Positions 1 to 9,481 of a stretch of DNA of 32,000 nucleotides are shown piece after piece (the stretch's first letter is position 1; every line of letters begins with the position of its first letter). Below the pieces are notes generated by a model. It made no database searches and was not told the DNA's origin. It saw nothing but the letters and a program-made list of their open reading frames with translations. A program made the translations under genes and the position numbers. The DNA lies in NCBI RefSeq assembly GCF_901827205.1, contig NZ_LR594675.1, positions 3,173,915 through 3,205,914 on the forward strand, given 5' to 3'. This DNA is from Variovorax sp. PBS-H4 (GTDB lineage: Bacteria; Pseudomonadota; Gammaproteobacteria; Burkholderiales; Burkholderiaceae_C).

Positions 1-1991
1 TCTGGAACAACGTGTTCATGCAGTTCGACATGCAGCCCGACGGCAGCGTCAAGCCGCTGCCCGCCCCCTGCGTCGACACCGGCATGGGCCTGGAGCGCCT
101 GGCCGCGATCCTGCAGCACGTGCACAGCAACTACGAAATCGACCTGTTCGACCGGCTGGTCAAGGCCGCTTCGCGCGAGACCGGCGAGAAGGACCTCGGC
201 AACAAGAGCCTGCGCGTGATCGCCGACCACATCCGCGCGACCGCCTTCCTGGTGGCCGACGGCGTGATCCCCTCCAACGAAGGCCGCGGCTACGTACAGC
301 GCCGCATCGTGCGGCGTGCCATCCGCCACGGTTACAAGCTGGGGCAGAAGAAGCCCTTCTTCCACAAGCTGGTGCCCGACCTCGTGGCGCTCATGGGCGA
401 GGCCTACCCCAAGCTGGTGGCCGACGAACAGCGCATCACCGAGACGCTGAAGGCCGAGGAAGAGCGCTTCTTCGAGACGCTCGCCAATGGCATGGAGATC
501 CTGGATGCCGCCCTGGCCGGCGGCGCCAAGGTGCTGCCCGGCGACGTGGCGTTCAAGCTGCACGACACCTACGGCTTTCCGCTGGACCTGTCGGCCGACG
601 TCTGCCGCGAGCGCGGCGTCGAGGTCGATGCCGCCGGCTTCGATGCCGCGATGGAAAAGCAGAAGGCCGCCGGCCGCGCTGCCGGCAAGTTCAAGATGGA
701 CCGTGCCGTCGAGTACGCAGGCGGGGCCAATGCCTTCACCGGGTACGAGCACCTGGAGGAACAGGCCCGCGTGCTGGCGCTCTACGTCGAAGGCGCGCCG
801 GTGCAGGAACTGAAAGAAGGCCAGCCCGGCATCGTGGTGCTCGACACCACGCCCTTCTATGCGGAGAGCGGCGGCCAGGTCGGCGACCAGGGCGTGCTGG
901 TGGCCGAAGGCCTGCAGTTCGGCGTCGACGACACGCAGAAGATCAAGGCCGACGTCTTCGGGCACCACGGCACGCAGACGCAGGGCACGCTGAAGGTCGG
1001 CGACACGGTCACGGCCCGCGTCGACACGTCCCTGCGCGCCGCCACCATGCGCAACCACAGCGTGACCCACCTGATGCACAAGGCGCTGCGCGAGGTGCTC
1101 GGCGGGCACGTGCAGCAGAAGGGTTCCCTGGTCGATGCCGACAAGACCCGCTTCGACTTCGCGCACAACGCGCCGGTCACGGCAGCGCAGGTGCTCGAGA
1201 TCGAGCGCCGCGTCAACGCCGAGATCCTGGCGAACCAGGCCACGCAGGCGCGCGTGATGGACATGGAGGCGGCCCAGAAGACCGGCGCCGTCATGCTCTT
1301 CGGCGAGAAGTACGGCGAGACCGTGCGCGTGCTCGACATCGGCACCAGCCGCGAGCTGTGCGGCGGCACGCACGTGGCGCGCACCGGTGACATCGGCCTT
1401 TTCAAGATCGTGAGCGAAGGCGGCGTGGCGGCCGGCGTGCGCCGCATCGAGGCGGTGACCGGCGCGAATGCGCTGGCGTACCTGCAGGGCCTCGAGGCCA
1501 CGGTCAACAGCGTCGCGGCCACGCTCAAGACGCCGGTGCCCGAGGTGCAGCCACGCCTGGTGCAGGTCCTGGAGCAAGTGCGTGCGCTCGAGCGCGAGGT
1601 CGGCGCGCTCAAGGGCAAGCTGGCGTCCTCGAAGGGCGACGAGCTGCTGGCGCAGGCCGTCGAGGTCAAGGGCATCAAGGTGCTGTCCGCCAAGCTCGAC
1701 GGCGCCGATGCCAGGACGCTGCGCGACACCATGGACAAGCTCAAGGACAAGCTCAAGACCGCGGCCATCGTGCTGGCGGCGGTGGATGGCGACAAGGTGC
1801 AGATCGCGGCCGGCGTCACCGCCGACAGCGTGGGCAAGGTCAAGGCCGGCGAGCTGGTCAACTTCGTGGCGCAGCAGGTGGGCGGCAAGGGCGGCGGCAA
1901 GGCCGACATGGCAATGGCCGGCGGCACCGATGCGGCCGGACTTCCCAAGGCGCTCGCCTCTGTGCAGGACTGGGTCGCGCAACGGGTCTGA
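1..1991 (+). CDS. alaS: Alanine--tRNA ligase, 5'-truncated by the window edge (C-terminal ~660 aa)
   Basis: The frame is open from the window edge (codons from nt 3: WNNVFMQF...) to TGA at 1989-1991. The translation shows the AlaRS tRNA-recognition region, editing-domain metal motifs HSVTHLMH (HxxxH) and CGGTHV, and a C-terminal C-Ala/DHHA1-like tail. Confidence 0.95.
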   Translation, partial: WNNVFMQFDMQPDGSVKPLPAPCVDTGMGLERLAAILQHVHSNYEIDLFDRLVKAASRETGEKDLGNKSLRVIADHIRATAFLVADGVIPSNEGRGYVQRRIVRRAIRHGYKLGQKKPFFHKLVPDLVALMGEAYPKLVADEQRITETLKAEEERFFETLANGMEILDAALAGGAKVLPGDVAFKLHDTYGFPLDLSADVCRERGVEVDAAGFDAAMEKQKAAGRAAGKFKMDRAVEYAGGANAFTGYEHLEEQARVLALYVEGAPVQELKEGQPGIVVLDTTPFYAESGGQVGDQGVLVAEGLQFGVDDTQKIKADVFGHHGTQTQGTLKVGDTVTARVDTSLRAATMRNHSVTHLMHKALREVLGGHVQQKGSLVDADKTRFDFAHNAPVTAAQVLEIERRVNAEILANQATQARVMDMEAAQKTGAVMLFGEKYGETVRVLDIGTSRELCGGTHVARTGDIGLFKIVSEGGVAAGVRRIEAVTGANALAYLQGLEATVNSVAATLKTPVPEVQPRLVQVLEQVRALEREVGALKGKLASSKGDELLAQAVEVKGIKVLSAKLDGADARTLRDTMDKLKDKLKTAAIVLAAVDGDKVQIAAGVTADSVGKVKAGELVNFVAQQVGGKGGGKADMAMAGGTDAAGLPKALASVQDWVAQRV

Positions 1992-2097
1992 ACACCTGCC
2001 ACAGCCGCGCCCGTCCGTGCCATAGTCGCGCGGATGCAAGGGGCTCTCCGGATCGCTTTCCACTTTCTCGCGCCGCCATGGGCGGCCGCTTCCGAAC

Positions 2098-3117
2098 ATG
2101 GCTGAAGTTCCGCCCGTCGACGTGCTGGTGATGGGGGCAGGCGCCATCGGATGCTACGTTGGCGGCAGCCTGGCGTCCGAGGGCGTTCGGGTGTTCTTCG
2201 TCGGCCGCCCCCGTGTGCTCGAGGCGTTGGAGCGGCACGGCCTGCGCGTCAGCGACCTGGACGGCGGCGAACGCTACGTGCCGCCCGGCAGCCTGCGCGC
2301 AGCCGAGCGAATTCCGCGCGGCGTGCACCCGGGCCTGGTGCTGCTGACAGTGAAGAGCAGCGACACTGCGGCAGCCGCGGCCGAGCTGGGCGAGGTGCTG
2401 CCGCCGGGCACGCCCGTGGTCTCGCTGCAGAACGGCATCTCGAACGCCGCCACGGCGGCGCGGGTGGCGCCCGGCTTGCGGGTGCTTGCGGGCATGGTGC
2501 CGTACAACGTCGCGGAGATCGATCGCGGCGCGTTTCACAGGGGCACGACCGGCCGCCTGGCCGTGCAGGACCATGCGCTGCTGCGGCCCTGGCTGGCCGT
2601 GTTCGACAGCGCCGGCGTGCCGATCGACCGCCACGCCAACATGCTGCCGGTGCAGTGGGGCAAGCTCCTGCTCAATCTCAACAACCCGGTCAACGCGTTG
2701 TCGGGGCTGCCGCTGCGCCAGCAGCTGATGGACCGCGGCTACCGCCGCTGCCTTGCGGCCCTGATGGACGAGGCGCTGGAGGCACTTGCGTGGGCCCACA
2801 TCAAGCCAGCGCAACTTGCGGCCGTGTCGCCGCGCCGGATGCCCACGATCCTGCGCTTGCCCGATCCGCTGTTCAAGGTGATCGCGGCGCGCATGCTGCG
2901 CATCGACGACAAGGCGCGCTCCAGCATGGCGGACGATCTGGCGCTGGGCCGCCGCACCGAGATCAACGAGCTGTGCGGCGAGGTGGTGCGGCTCGCGCGT
3001 TCCAACGGCGCCCGCGCGCCGCTGAGCGCCAAGATGGTGGCGCTGATCGAAGCGTGGCCCGCCCGGCCGCAGCCGCTCTCGGCGCAGGAACTGCTGTCGG
3101 CGCTCGGGCTGGGGTAG
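2098..3117 (+). CDS. 2-dehydropantoate 2-reductase family protein (ApbA/PanE-like ketopantoate reductase)
   Basis: 339-aa ORF. It has an N-terminal Rossmann GxGxxG ([12 protein letters not shown]) plus the family motifs [28 protein letters not shown] and [19 protein letters not shown]. Confidence 0.8.
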   Translation: MAEVPPVDVLVMGAGAIGCYVGGSLASEGVRVFFVGRPRVLEALERHGLRVSDLDGGERYVPPGSLRAAERIPRGVHPGLVLLTVKSSDTAAAAAELGEVLPPGTPVVSLQNGISNAATAARVAPGLRVLAGMVPYNVAEIDRGAFHRGTTGRLAVQDHALLRPWLAVFDSAGVPIDRHANMLPVQWGKLLLNLNNPVNALSGLPLRQQLMDRGYRRCLAALMDEALEALAWAHIKPAQLAAVSPRRMPTILRLPDPLFKVIAARMLRIDDKARSSMADDLALGRRTEINELCGEVVRLARSNGARAPLSAKMVALIEAWPARPQPLSAQELLSALGLG

Positions 3118-3151
3118 GGCAGGGAACCCCTTCGAAACAAGGCAAAGCTGC

Positions 3152-4405
3152 ATGAATGTCCTGATCCTCGGCAGCGGCGTCATCGGCACCACGGTCGCCT
3201 ACTACCTTGCGAAGGACGGCCACGAGGTCACGGTGCTGGAGCGCCAGGACGGCCCGGCACTGGAGACCAGCTACGCCAATGCGGGCGAGGTCTCGCCCGG
3301 GTACTCGGCGCCCTGGGCCGGGCCCGGCGTGCCGGCGAAGGCTGTCAAATGGCTGCTGATGCGCCACAGCCCGCTGGTGATCCGGCCCATGCTCGATCCC
3401 GCCATGTGGCGCTGGGGCATCGCGCTGCTGCGCAACTGCACGCAGGCGCGCTATGAGATCAACAAGAGCCGGATGGTGCGGCTGGCCGAGTACAGCCGCG
3501 ATTGCCTGCGGCAACTGCGCGCCGAGACGGGCATCCGCTACGACGAGCGTTCGCTGGGCACGCTGCAGCTGTTCCGCACGCAGGAGCAGCTCGACGGCAC
3601 GGCCAAGGACATCGAGATCCTCAAGGCCTATGGCGTGCCCTACCAACTGCTCGACCGCGAGGGCTGCGTGCAGTACGAGCCGGCGCTGGCCGTCGTGCGG
3701 CACAAGTTCGTGGGCGGGCTGCGCCTCCCGGACGACGAGACCGGCGACTGCTTCAAGTTCACCCAGGGCCTGGCGCGGCTGGCCGAGGCCGCCGGAGTGC
3801 GCTTCCGGTTCGGCGTGACCATCACCGACGTGGCGCGCAGTGCCGAGGGCGTCGTCGCGGTCCATACCGATGCCGGCCCCTTCCATGCCGACCGCTATGT
3901 GGTCGCGCTGGGCAGCCATTCGCCGCTTCTCCTGAGACCGCTGGGCATCCGCATGCCGGTGTATCCCGTCAAGGGCTTCTCGATCACGCTGCCGATCACC
4001 GATGCCGCCATGGCGCCGGAGTCGACGGTGATGGACGAGACCTTCAAGGTCGCGGTGACGCGCCTGGGCGCGCGCATTCGTGCCGGCGGCACGGCGCAGC
4101 TCTCGGGCTATGACCTGCGCCTGAACGACCGGCGGCGCGACACCCTCGAGCATGTGGTCACCGACCTGTTCCCGGAAGGCGGGAGCGTCGAAGGGGCGGA
4201 GTTCTGGACCGGCCTGCGCCCGATGACGCCCGACGGCACGCCGCTGCTGGGCGCGACGCAGATTCCCGGCCTGCTGCTGGCGACCGGGCACGGCACCCTG
4301 GGCTGGACCATGGCGGCGGGCACCGGGAGGGTCATGGCCGACCTGATCGCGGGCCGTTCACCCGAGATCGACATGGAAGGCCTGGGCCTCGAACGCTATG
4401 CCTGA
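3152..4405 (+). CDS. dadA: D-amino acid dehydrogenase (FAD-dependent, DadA type)
   Basis: 417-aa ORF. It has an FAD dinucleotide-binding N-terminus ([28 protein letters not shown]), shows full-length DAO/DadA-like layout, and has [14 protein letters not shown] near the C-terminus. Confidence 0.9.
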   Translation: MNVLILGSGVIGTTVAYYLAKDGHEVTVLERQDGPALETSYANAGEVSPGYSAPWAGPGVPAKAVKWLLMRHSPLVIRPMLDPAMWRWGIALLRNCTQARYEINKSRMVRLAEYSRDCLRQLRAETGIRYDERSLGTLQLFRTQEQLDGTAKDIEILKAYGVPYQLLDREGCVQYEPALAVVRHKFVGGLRLPDDETGDCFKFTQGLARLAEAAGVRFRFGVTITDVARSAEGVVAVHTDAGPFHADRYVVALGSHSPLLLRPLGIRMPVYPVKGFSITLPITDAAMAPESTVMDETFKVAVTRLGARIRAGGTAQLSGYDLRLNDRRRDTLEHVVTDLFPEGGSVEGAEFWTGLRPMTPDGTPLLGATQIPGLLLATGHGTLGWTMAAGTGRVMADLIAGRSPEIDMEGLGLERYA

Positions 4406-4455
4406 AAAGCCTGACGCACCTGCCGGCGCCACGCCCGCGTCTCCCTTGACCTCTT

Positions 4456-4505
4456 GTTTGATCCGGTTGACATAGATCGGTAGAATCAGGTCAAACGGAT
4501 CAAAC
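4456..4505 (+). promoter_or_regulatory. Promoter plus operator-like inverted repeat of the Xre-RES toxin-antitoxin operon
   Basis: A 16-bp inverted repeat, GTTTGATCCGGTTGAC (4456-4471) and GTCAAACGGATCAAAC (4490-4505), is 15/16 complementary. It brackets a sigma70-like promoter: -35 TTGATC (4458-4463), 17-bp spacer, -10 TAGAAT (4481-4486). The -10 ends 29 nt upstream of the antitoxin ATG. Confidence 0.5.
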
Positions 4506-4515
4506 CAAGACGTCC

Positions 4516-5193
4516 ATGAGCACATCCGATCTCACCGCCAAGTTGCACGGCGACCTGCTGTCGCTGGAGCCCTATACCTCCGCGCGGGCCGCCCGAAAGA
4601 CCAGCGCACGCAAGTTCCTGCTGGAGATCAAGGACGAGGCGATCTCGAAGGTGCTGCTGGCCTCGTTCCCGATGCTCGAACGCGCCTTGCTCGAAAAGAC
4701 GGCGCAGGCCCGCGAGCGCCGCATCGAGGCCGTGGTCGACTTCATGGCGGGGCAGATGGTGCAGCCCAGCGAAATCGACAGGGAGATGGCCCAGCGGCTC
4801 GCCCGGCGGCATGCCCGCGTGCTGAACGATTTCGGGTACTTCACGGCCGAGCAGCTGGCCGACGCCAACCGCTCGCAGGCCAGCAGCCGCAGTGCCTTGG
4901 TGGACAACTGGCGCAAGCGGCGCCAGGTATTCGCGGTGCCGCATCCCGACAAGAGCGCGCGCGAGCGCGACGTCTATCCCGCCTTCCAGTTCGAGGACCA
5001 CAAGCCGATCAAGGCGGTGCAGGCCGTGCTGGAAGCCTTCGGCGACCGCCGGGCGCCCTGGAAGCTCGCGCTGTGGTTCACCTCGAACAACGGCTGGTTG
5101 CCCGACAGTGCGCGGCCGGTCGATCTCCTGGCATCGAATCCGCAAGCTGTCATCGAGGCGGCACGCCGCGATGCGGAAGGGAGCGCGGCTTGA
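4516..5193 (+). CDS. Type II antitoxin, Xre/MbcA/ParS-like with C-terminal DUF2384 toxin-binding domain
   Basis: 225-aa ORF immediately upstream of a RES-domain gene, and its stop overlaps that gene's start. The C-terminal ~60 aa (KPIKAVQAVLEAFGDRRAPWKLALWFTSNNGWLPDSARPVDLLASNPQAVIEAARR) matches the DUF2384 pattern. An HTH-like stretch (YFTAEQLADANRSQASSRSALVDNWRKRRQVF) precedes it. Confidence 0.75.
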   Translation: MSTSDLTAKLHGDLLSLEPYTSARAARKTSARKFLLEIKDEAISKVLLASFPMLERALLEKTAQARERRIEAVVDFMAGQMVQPSEIDREMAQRLARRHARVLNDFGYFTAEQLADANRSQASSRSALVDNWRKRRQVFAVPHPDKSARERDVYPAFQFEDHKPIKAVQAVLEAFGDRRAPWKLALWFTSNNGWLPDSARPVDLLASNPQAVIEAARRDAEGSAA

Positions 5194-5837
5194 GTTGCCG
5201 CGCACCGGCGCCGCTTCTCGACCCTCTCTTCGATCGCTGGCCGGCCGGCGCGCTGATCCACGTCATCCACGACACGGCCTTTGCCCCGGAGAGCTTCAAT
5301 CCCGGCATCGATGGCGCCGGCACGCTGTGCAAGTCCACCCGCTTCGCGCCCATCCGCGACGCCAAGGGCCGGGTCGTGCCCTACCTCTACGGCGGTGCGA
5401 CCTTGGACTGTGCGATCTTCGAGACGGTCTTCCACGACGTGCCGATCGACGCACCCGACAAGTTCGTCGCCCTCGACGATTTCGCGCACCGCGGCCACGG
5501 CCAGCTCGTGCCCAACCGCGAACTCCTGCTGGTGGACCTGACGAGCGAAGGGCTGCACCGCCTGAAGGTCCCCAAGGAAGAGCTCATCGCCAGCCCGGCA
5601 CGCGACTACGTGGACACGGCCAGATGGGCCGAGGCATTGCACCGCCAGTGCAAGGACGCCGATGGGCTGGTCTGGATGTCGCGCCAGCGCGATCGCGACA
5701 GGGCGATGCTGCTGTTCGGCGACCGTGTGAAGGGCGTTCTTTCCGGGACGCGCATCGGCGGGCCGTTGGCTCGCAACGATGCGCTGCGCCAGGCCATCCT
5801 GGCCGCAGCGCTGCGTGCCGGCATCGATGCGTCCTGA
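5190..5837 (+). CDS. RES-domain toxin (NAD+-targeting RES family)
   Basis: The Arg-Glu-Ser signature appears in the expected order: STRFAP, CAIFETVFHD, VWMSRQRD. I prefer the TTG start at 5190 (215 aa). It is preceded by a strong SD, GGAAGGGAG (5175-5183), with a 6-nt spacer, and it overlaps the antitoxin stop as TTGA. The ATG at 5073 in the ORF track would overlap the antitoxin by 120 nt. Confidence 0.85.
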   Translation: MSCRAPAPLLDPLFDRWPAGALIHVIHDTAFAPESFNPGIDGAGTLCKSTRFAPIRDAKGRVVPYLYGGATLDCAIFETVFHDVPIDAPDKFVALDDFAHRGHGQLVPNRELLLVDLTSEGLHRLKVPKEELIASPARDYVDTARWAEALHRQCKDADGLVWMSRQRDRDRAMLLFGDRVKGVLSGTRIGGPLARNDALRQAILAAALRAGIDAS

Positions 5838-6117
5838 CGTTCAGGGCTTGGCCGCTGCCGGCTCCAGCCCGCTCTCGATGACCGGCGCTGCCTGCGGCGG
5901 ATTGAAGTAGCCGATCCACCGCCCGCCGCCTCGGGCTGGCGTGCAGTGCTCGACGCGCCTGAACCTGGCGCTCAGCCGGGTGTCTTCGGGAAATGATCCC
6001 ACCCATCCACGCAGGCCTAGCTGCCGGTTCGCGTTCACGCGGGCGTGGGCAAACGCGTTCGGACCAGGGTTTATGGCTAGACAACCTGAGCCTTTCAGGA
6101 TTATTCTTCGCCTGTCC

Positions 6118-6152
6118 GTTCCATTAATAAATCAACGTTTTACTAATGGAAC
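6118..6152. promoter_or_regulatory. Perfect 9-bp inverted repeat, candidate operator upstream of the catabolic supercluster
   Basis: GTTCCATTA (6118-6126) and TAATGGAAC (6144-6152) are separated by a 17-bp AT-rich spacer. The repeat lies in the only clearly AT-rich patch of the window, 37 nt upstream of the Bug-family ATG at 6190. The TTCC/GGAA half-sites resemble IclR-type boxes. Confidence 0.4.
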
Positions 6153-6189
6153 AAAAACCCACTCACCCAGTCCACGGATCGACACCACG

Positions 6190-7167
6190 ATGATGAAGCC
6201 CACCCGTCGCCAGGCGCTCGCGCTGGCCGTTTCCATTGCCGCCGCCAGCGCCGCTTTCCCCACGTGGGCGCAAGGCTATCCGGCCAAGCCGATCACCCTC
6301 GTGGTTGCCTACCCGGCCGGTGGCGACACCGACGCGCTCGCGCGCCTCTTCGCCGAAAAGCTGGCCACGCGTACGGGCCAGCCGGTGGTGGTGGACAACC
6401 GGCCCGGTGCCAGCGGCGTGATCGGCAGCAGCTTCGTCGCCAAGGCCCCGGCCGACGGCTACACGCTGCTGCTGGCCCCCAGCACCTTCTCGATCGCGCA
6501 ACTGGTGCTCAAGACCGGCGGCAGCTCCAGCTACGACGTGCTCAACGGCTTCACCCCCATCATCGAGACCGGCACGCTGCCGCTGTTCCTGGTGGCGGGT
6601 TCGGGCGCCGGCCTGAAGAGCTTGAAGGACGTGCAGGCCAAGGGCCAGTCGCTCTCCTATGCCAGCCCGGGCAGCGGTTCGCCGATGCACATCCTGGGTG
6701 AGATGGTCAACAAGGCCGCGGGCATGAGCCTCGGCCACGTGCCCTACAAAGGCGTGGCCCCCGCGGTCAACGACGTGCTGGGCGGCCATGTGCCGCTGAC
6801 CTACATCACCTACGGCCCGATCGCGCCCCACCTGGCCGCCGGCAAGATGCTGCCGCTCGCCGTCGCCGACCGCGCCCGCTCGGCACTCGCACCCAGCGTG
6901 CCCACGTTTGCGGAACTGGGCTACAAGAACGTCGAAGTGACGGCCTGGCATGGCTTGTTCGGTCCCAAGGGACTGCCGCCCGAGATCGTGAAGACGCTGA
7001 ACGGCCACATGAACGAGATCCTCAAGATGCCCGACGTGGTGTCGAAGATGGCGGTCCTGGGCGCCTTGCCGCTGGGCGGCGCGCCGGACGTGCTGGCAAA
7101 GACCAACGCCGCCGACTTCGAGCGCTTCGGAAAGATCATCAAAGAACTCGGCATTCAAGCGGATTGA
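6190..7167 (+). CDS. Bug-family (TctC-like) tripartite tricarboxylate transporter substrate-binding protein
   Basis: 325 aa counted from the internal ATG at 6190. It has a Tat/Sec-like signal (MMKPTRRQALALAVSIAAASAAFPTWAQ). Bug-family motifs are present: YPAKPITLVVAYPAGGDTD, NRPGASG, SYASPGSGSPMH, VPYKGVAPAVNDVLGGHV. The upstream part of the 5941 ORF lacks coding character. Confidence 0.9.
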   Translation: MMKPTRRQALALAVSIAAASAAFPTWAQGYPAKPITLVVAYPAGGDTDALARLFAEKLATRTGQPVVVDNRPGASGVIGSSFVAKAPADGYTLLLAPSTFSIAQLVLKTGGSSSYDVLNGFTPIIETGTLPLFLVAGSGAGLKSLKDVQAKGQSLSYASPGSGSPMHILGEMVNKAAGMSLGHVPYKGVAPAVNDVLGGHVPLTYITYGPIAPHLAAGKMLPLAVADRARSALAPSVPTFAELGYKNVEVTAWHGLFGPKGLPPEIVKTLNGHMNEILKMPDVVSKMAVLGALPLGGAPDVLAKTNAADFERFGKIIKELGIQAD

Positions 7168-7174
7168 GGCAGGC

Positions 7175-7990
7175 ATGACCGACATCAAGGCCATCCCCGA
7201 TCCCGACAGCCTGCAGAGCCTGCTGGCCGAGCTGCCGGCCAACCTGCTCGCCGGACGCCGAGTGCTGGTGACCGGCGCCGCGCGCGGTCTCGGGCTGGCG
7301 TTCGCCAAATGCATTGCCGCCGCGGGTGCGTCCGTGGTGCTGGCCGATATTCTTTCGGATCTCGCACAGACCGAGGCCCAGGCCCTGCGCGATGCCGGCT
7401 TCAAGGCGCATGCGCTGGCGCTGGACCTGTGCGACCCGGGCTCGATCGAGGCCGGCGCCGCCGCCGCGGTGCGGGCGCTCGGCGGCCTCGACGGCCTGGT
7501 CAACAACGCCGCAATCACGAACTCGGGCGGCCGCGACGCCCATGCGCTGGACATCGAGACGTGGGACCGCGTGATGGACGTCAACGTGCGCGGCACCTGG
7601 CTCATGAGCCGCGCCTGCCAACCGGCGCTTGCACAGGGCGGCCGCGGCGCGATCGTCAACCTCGCGTCGGACACCGCACTCTGGGGCGCACCCAAGCTGC
7701 TGGCCTACGCATCGAGCAAAGGCGCCGTGATCTCGATGACCCGCTCGCTCGCCCGCGAGTGGGGGGAGGCCGGCATCACCGTCAACGCCGTCGCGCCGGG
7801 GCTCACGCTGGTCGAGGCCACCGAATACGTGCCGCTGGCGCGCCACCAGAAGTACCTCGAGGGCCGCGCCCTCCCGCGCGAACAGCAGGCGGTGGACGTC
7901 TGCGGCGCGGTACTGTTTTCCCTCTCCGGCCTGGCGCGCTTCGTGACCGGCCAACTGCTTGCCGTCAACGGCGGCTTCGTCATGCACTGA
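7175..7990 (+). CDS. SDR-family oxidoreductase (classical)
   Basis: 271 aa. It has TGAARGLG (TGxxxGxG), NNAAI, and the catalytic YASSK (YxxxK) with an upstream Ser. The start lies 7 nt after the preceding gene, with a GAGGCAGG SD. Confidence 0.9.
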   Translation: MTDIKAIPDPDSLQSLLAELPANLLAGRRVLVTGAARGLGLAFAKCIAAAGASVVLADILSDLAQTEAQALRDAGFKAHALALDLCDPGSIEAGAAAAVRALGGLDGLVNNAAITNSGGRDAHALDIETWDRVMDVNVRGTWLMSRACQPALAQGGRGAIVNLASDTALWGAPKLLAYASSKGAVISMTRSLAREWGEAGITVNAVAPGLTLVEATEYVPLARHQKYLEGRALPREQQAVDVCGAVLFSLSGLARFVTGQLLAVNGGFVMH

Positions 7991-8009
7991 TTTCCCCAAG
8001 GAGTTTTCG

Positions 8010-8564
8010 ATGAGCGATTTGTCCGAGCAAAAGAAATTCGACGACAGCAAGGTGGGCGAGACCCTGCGCCGCCCCGAAGGCGCGAGCCTCGAAGCGTGGA
8101 TGAACACCCGCATTGCCCGCTACTCGACACGCAAGTACGACTGGGATGCGCTGAAGTTCCAGGCTGATTTCGACCCCAAGTTCCGCCGCGCGCAGATGCG
8201 CTACGTGGGAACCGGCGGCACCGGCGTGGCGAGCGACGTCAATACGATCCCCGCCGAGAGCTTCACCTTCTCGACCATGGTGATCCCGGCCGGCCACGAA
8301 GGCCCGCCGCACCTGCACGTCGATGTGGAAGAAGTCTTCTTCCTGCTGCGCGGGAAACTCAAGGTGGTGCTGACCACGCCCGAGGGCGAGCGCTACGAGA
8401 CCGTGCTGACCGACCGCGACCTGATCTCCGTGCCTCCGGGCGTGTACCGCGAAGAGATCAACATCGGCGACGAAGACGCGCTGATGTGCGTGATGCTCGG
8501 CGCGAAGAAGCCGGTGACGCCGACGTACCCCGCCGACCATCCCCTGGCCAAGATCAAGCGTTGA
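8010..8564 (+). CDS. Cupin-domain protein
   Basis: 184 aa from the ATG at 8010, with an AAGGAG SD at 7998-8003. Cupin motif 1 is intact: GHEGPPHLHVDVEEVFFLLRG, i.e. G-x5-HxH-x4-E-x6-G. Motif 2 reads PPGVYREEIN, so the usual His is Arg. Confidence 0.8.
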   Translation: MSDLSEQKKFDDSKVGETLRRPEGASLEAWMNTRIARYSTRKYDWDALKFQADFDPKFRRAQMRYVGTGGTGVASDVNTIPAESFTFSTMVIPAGHEGPPHLHVDVEEVFFLLRGKLKVVLTTPEGERYETVLTDRDLISVPPGVYREEINIGDEDALMCVMLGAKKPVTPTYPADHPLAKIKR

Positions 8565-8583
8565 CCGTGCAGGACCACGCAGC

Positions 8584-9456
8584 ATGAGCGATTCGACCGT
8601 GACCGATGTCCAGCGCCTGCCGGTCAACGAACTGGCGCGCCTCGAAGCACGCTTTCCGGCGCGCAGCGTGCCGGTGCAGGGCGGCGCCTTCGTCTCGGTG
8701 CGCGAATGCGGAGTGGGCCCGGCCATCGTGTGCCTGCATGGCATCGGCTCGGGCTCGGCCTCGTGGCTGGACACGGCCCTGCTGCTCGAAAGCGAGGCGC
8801 GCCTGATCGCCTGGGATGCGCCTGGCTACGGCGAGTCGACGCCGCTGGCCGCCCAGGCGCCCACCGCGCACGCGTACGCGCAGCGGCTGCACGGGCTGCT
8901 CGATGCACTCGACGTTCGGTCCTGCGTGCTGGTCGGTCATTCGCTCGGCGCGCTGATGGCCGCATCCGCGGCGCGTGAAGGCTCGCCGCTGGCGCCGCGC
9001 ATCTCGAACTTGCTGCTGATCAGCCCCGCCGCCGGCTACGGTGCGGCGAGCCGCGCGCAGGCGCAGGCCCGCGTGCGCGCCGAACGCCTCGGCACGCTCG
9101 ATGCGCTGGGCATCGCCGGCATGGCCGCCGAGCGCTCGGGCCGGCTGGTCTCCGACCACGCGAGCGAGACCGCACGCCAATGGGTGCGCTGGAACATGGC
9201 ACGCCTGCACGCCACAGGCTACCGCCAGGCCGTGGATTTGCTGTGCGGTGCCGACCTGATGGCCGACCTGCCGCCTGCCGTGCCGGTGCGCGTGGCCTGC
9301 GGCGCGCTGGACGTGGTCACCACGCCCGACGCTTGCGCCGAAGTGGCGAAGCGATGCGGAGTGCCACTCGAACTGCTGCCCGAAGCAGGCCATGCCTGCT
9401 ATGTGGAACGACCCGCCGCCGTGGCTGCGCTGCTGCGCCAGGCGCTCGCCGCCTGA
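8584..9456 (+). CDS. Alpha/beta-fold hydrolase
   Basis: 290 aa. It has the oxyanion-region HG motif (VCLHGIGSGSASW), the nucleophile elbow GHSLGA, and a C-terminal catalytic His context (PEAGHACYVERP). Confidence 0.85.
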   Translation: MSDSTVTDVQRLPVNELARLEARFPARSVPVQGGAFVSVRECGVGPAIVCLHGIGSGSASWLDTALLLESEARLIAWDAPGYGESTPLAAQAPTAHAYAQRLHGLLDALDVRSCVLVGHSLGALMAASAAREGSPLAPRISNLLLISPAAGYGAASRAQAQARVRAERLGTLDALGIAGMAAERSGRLVSDHASETARQWVRWNMARLHATGYRQAVDLLCGADLMADLPPAVPVRVACGALDVVTTPDACAEVAKRCGVPLELLPEAGHACYVERPAAVAALLRQALAA

Positions 9457-9481
9457 ACAACCGAAACAAGAACGAGAGACC

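Noticed and set aside
2055-2085. Short GC hairpins after alaS (GCCGCC-ATG-GGCGGC). Similar ones occur after the vapC remnant (22330-22347) and after the aldolase (GGCCGCGGCC near 30940).
   Set aside because: The stems are 5-7 bp with tiny loops and no U-tract. In GC-rich DNA such dyads occur by chance, so they are not called as terminators.
5073-5189. ATG start at 5073 for the RES toxin (254-aa version).
   Set aside because: It would overlap the antitoxin by 120 nt. The TTG at 5190 has a near-perfect SD and stop/start coupling, and RES homology begins only after it.
5841-6038. 65-aa minus-strand ORF (GTG start) convergent with the RES toxin, in the 350-bp gap.
   Set aside because: GC3 is about 81%, so it could be a gene fragment. 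There is no recognisable motif, no SD and only a GTG start. There is not enough support to call it.
5941-6189. Upstream extensions of the Bug-family ORFs (5941-6189 here, and 15233-16240 for the second copy).
   Set aside because: The extensions lack coding character or overlap the VOC gene. Internal ATGs are followed immediately by canonical signal peptides.
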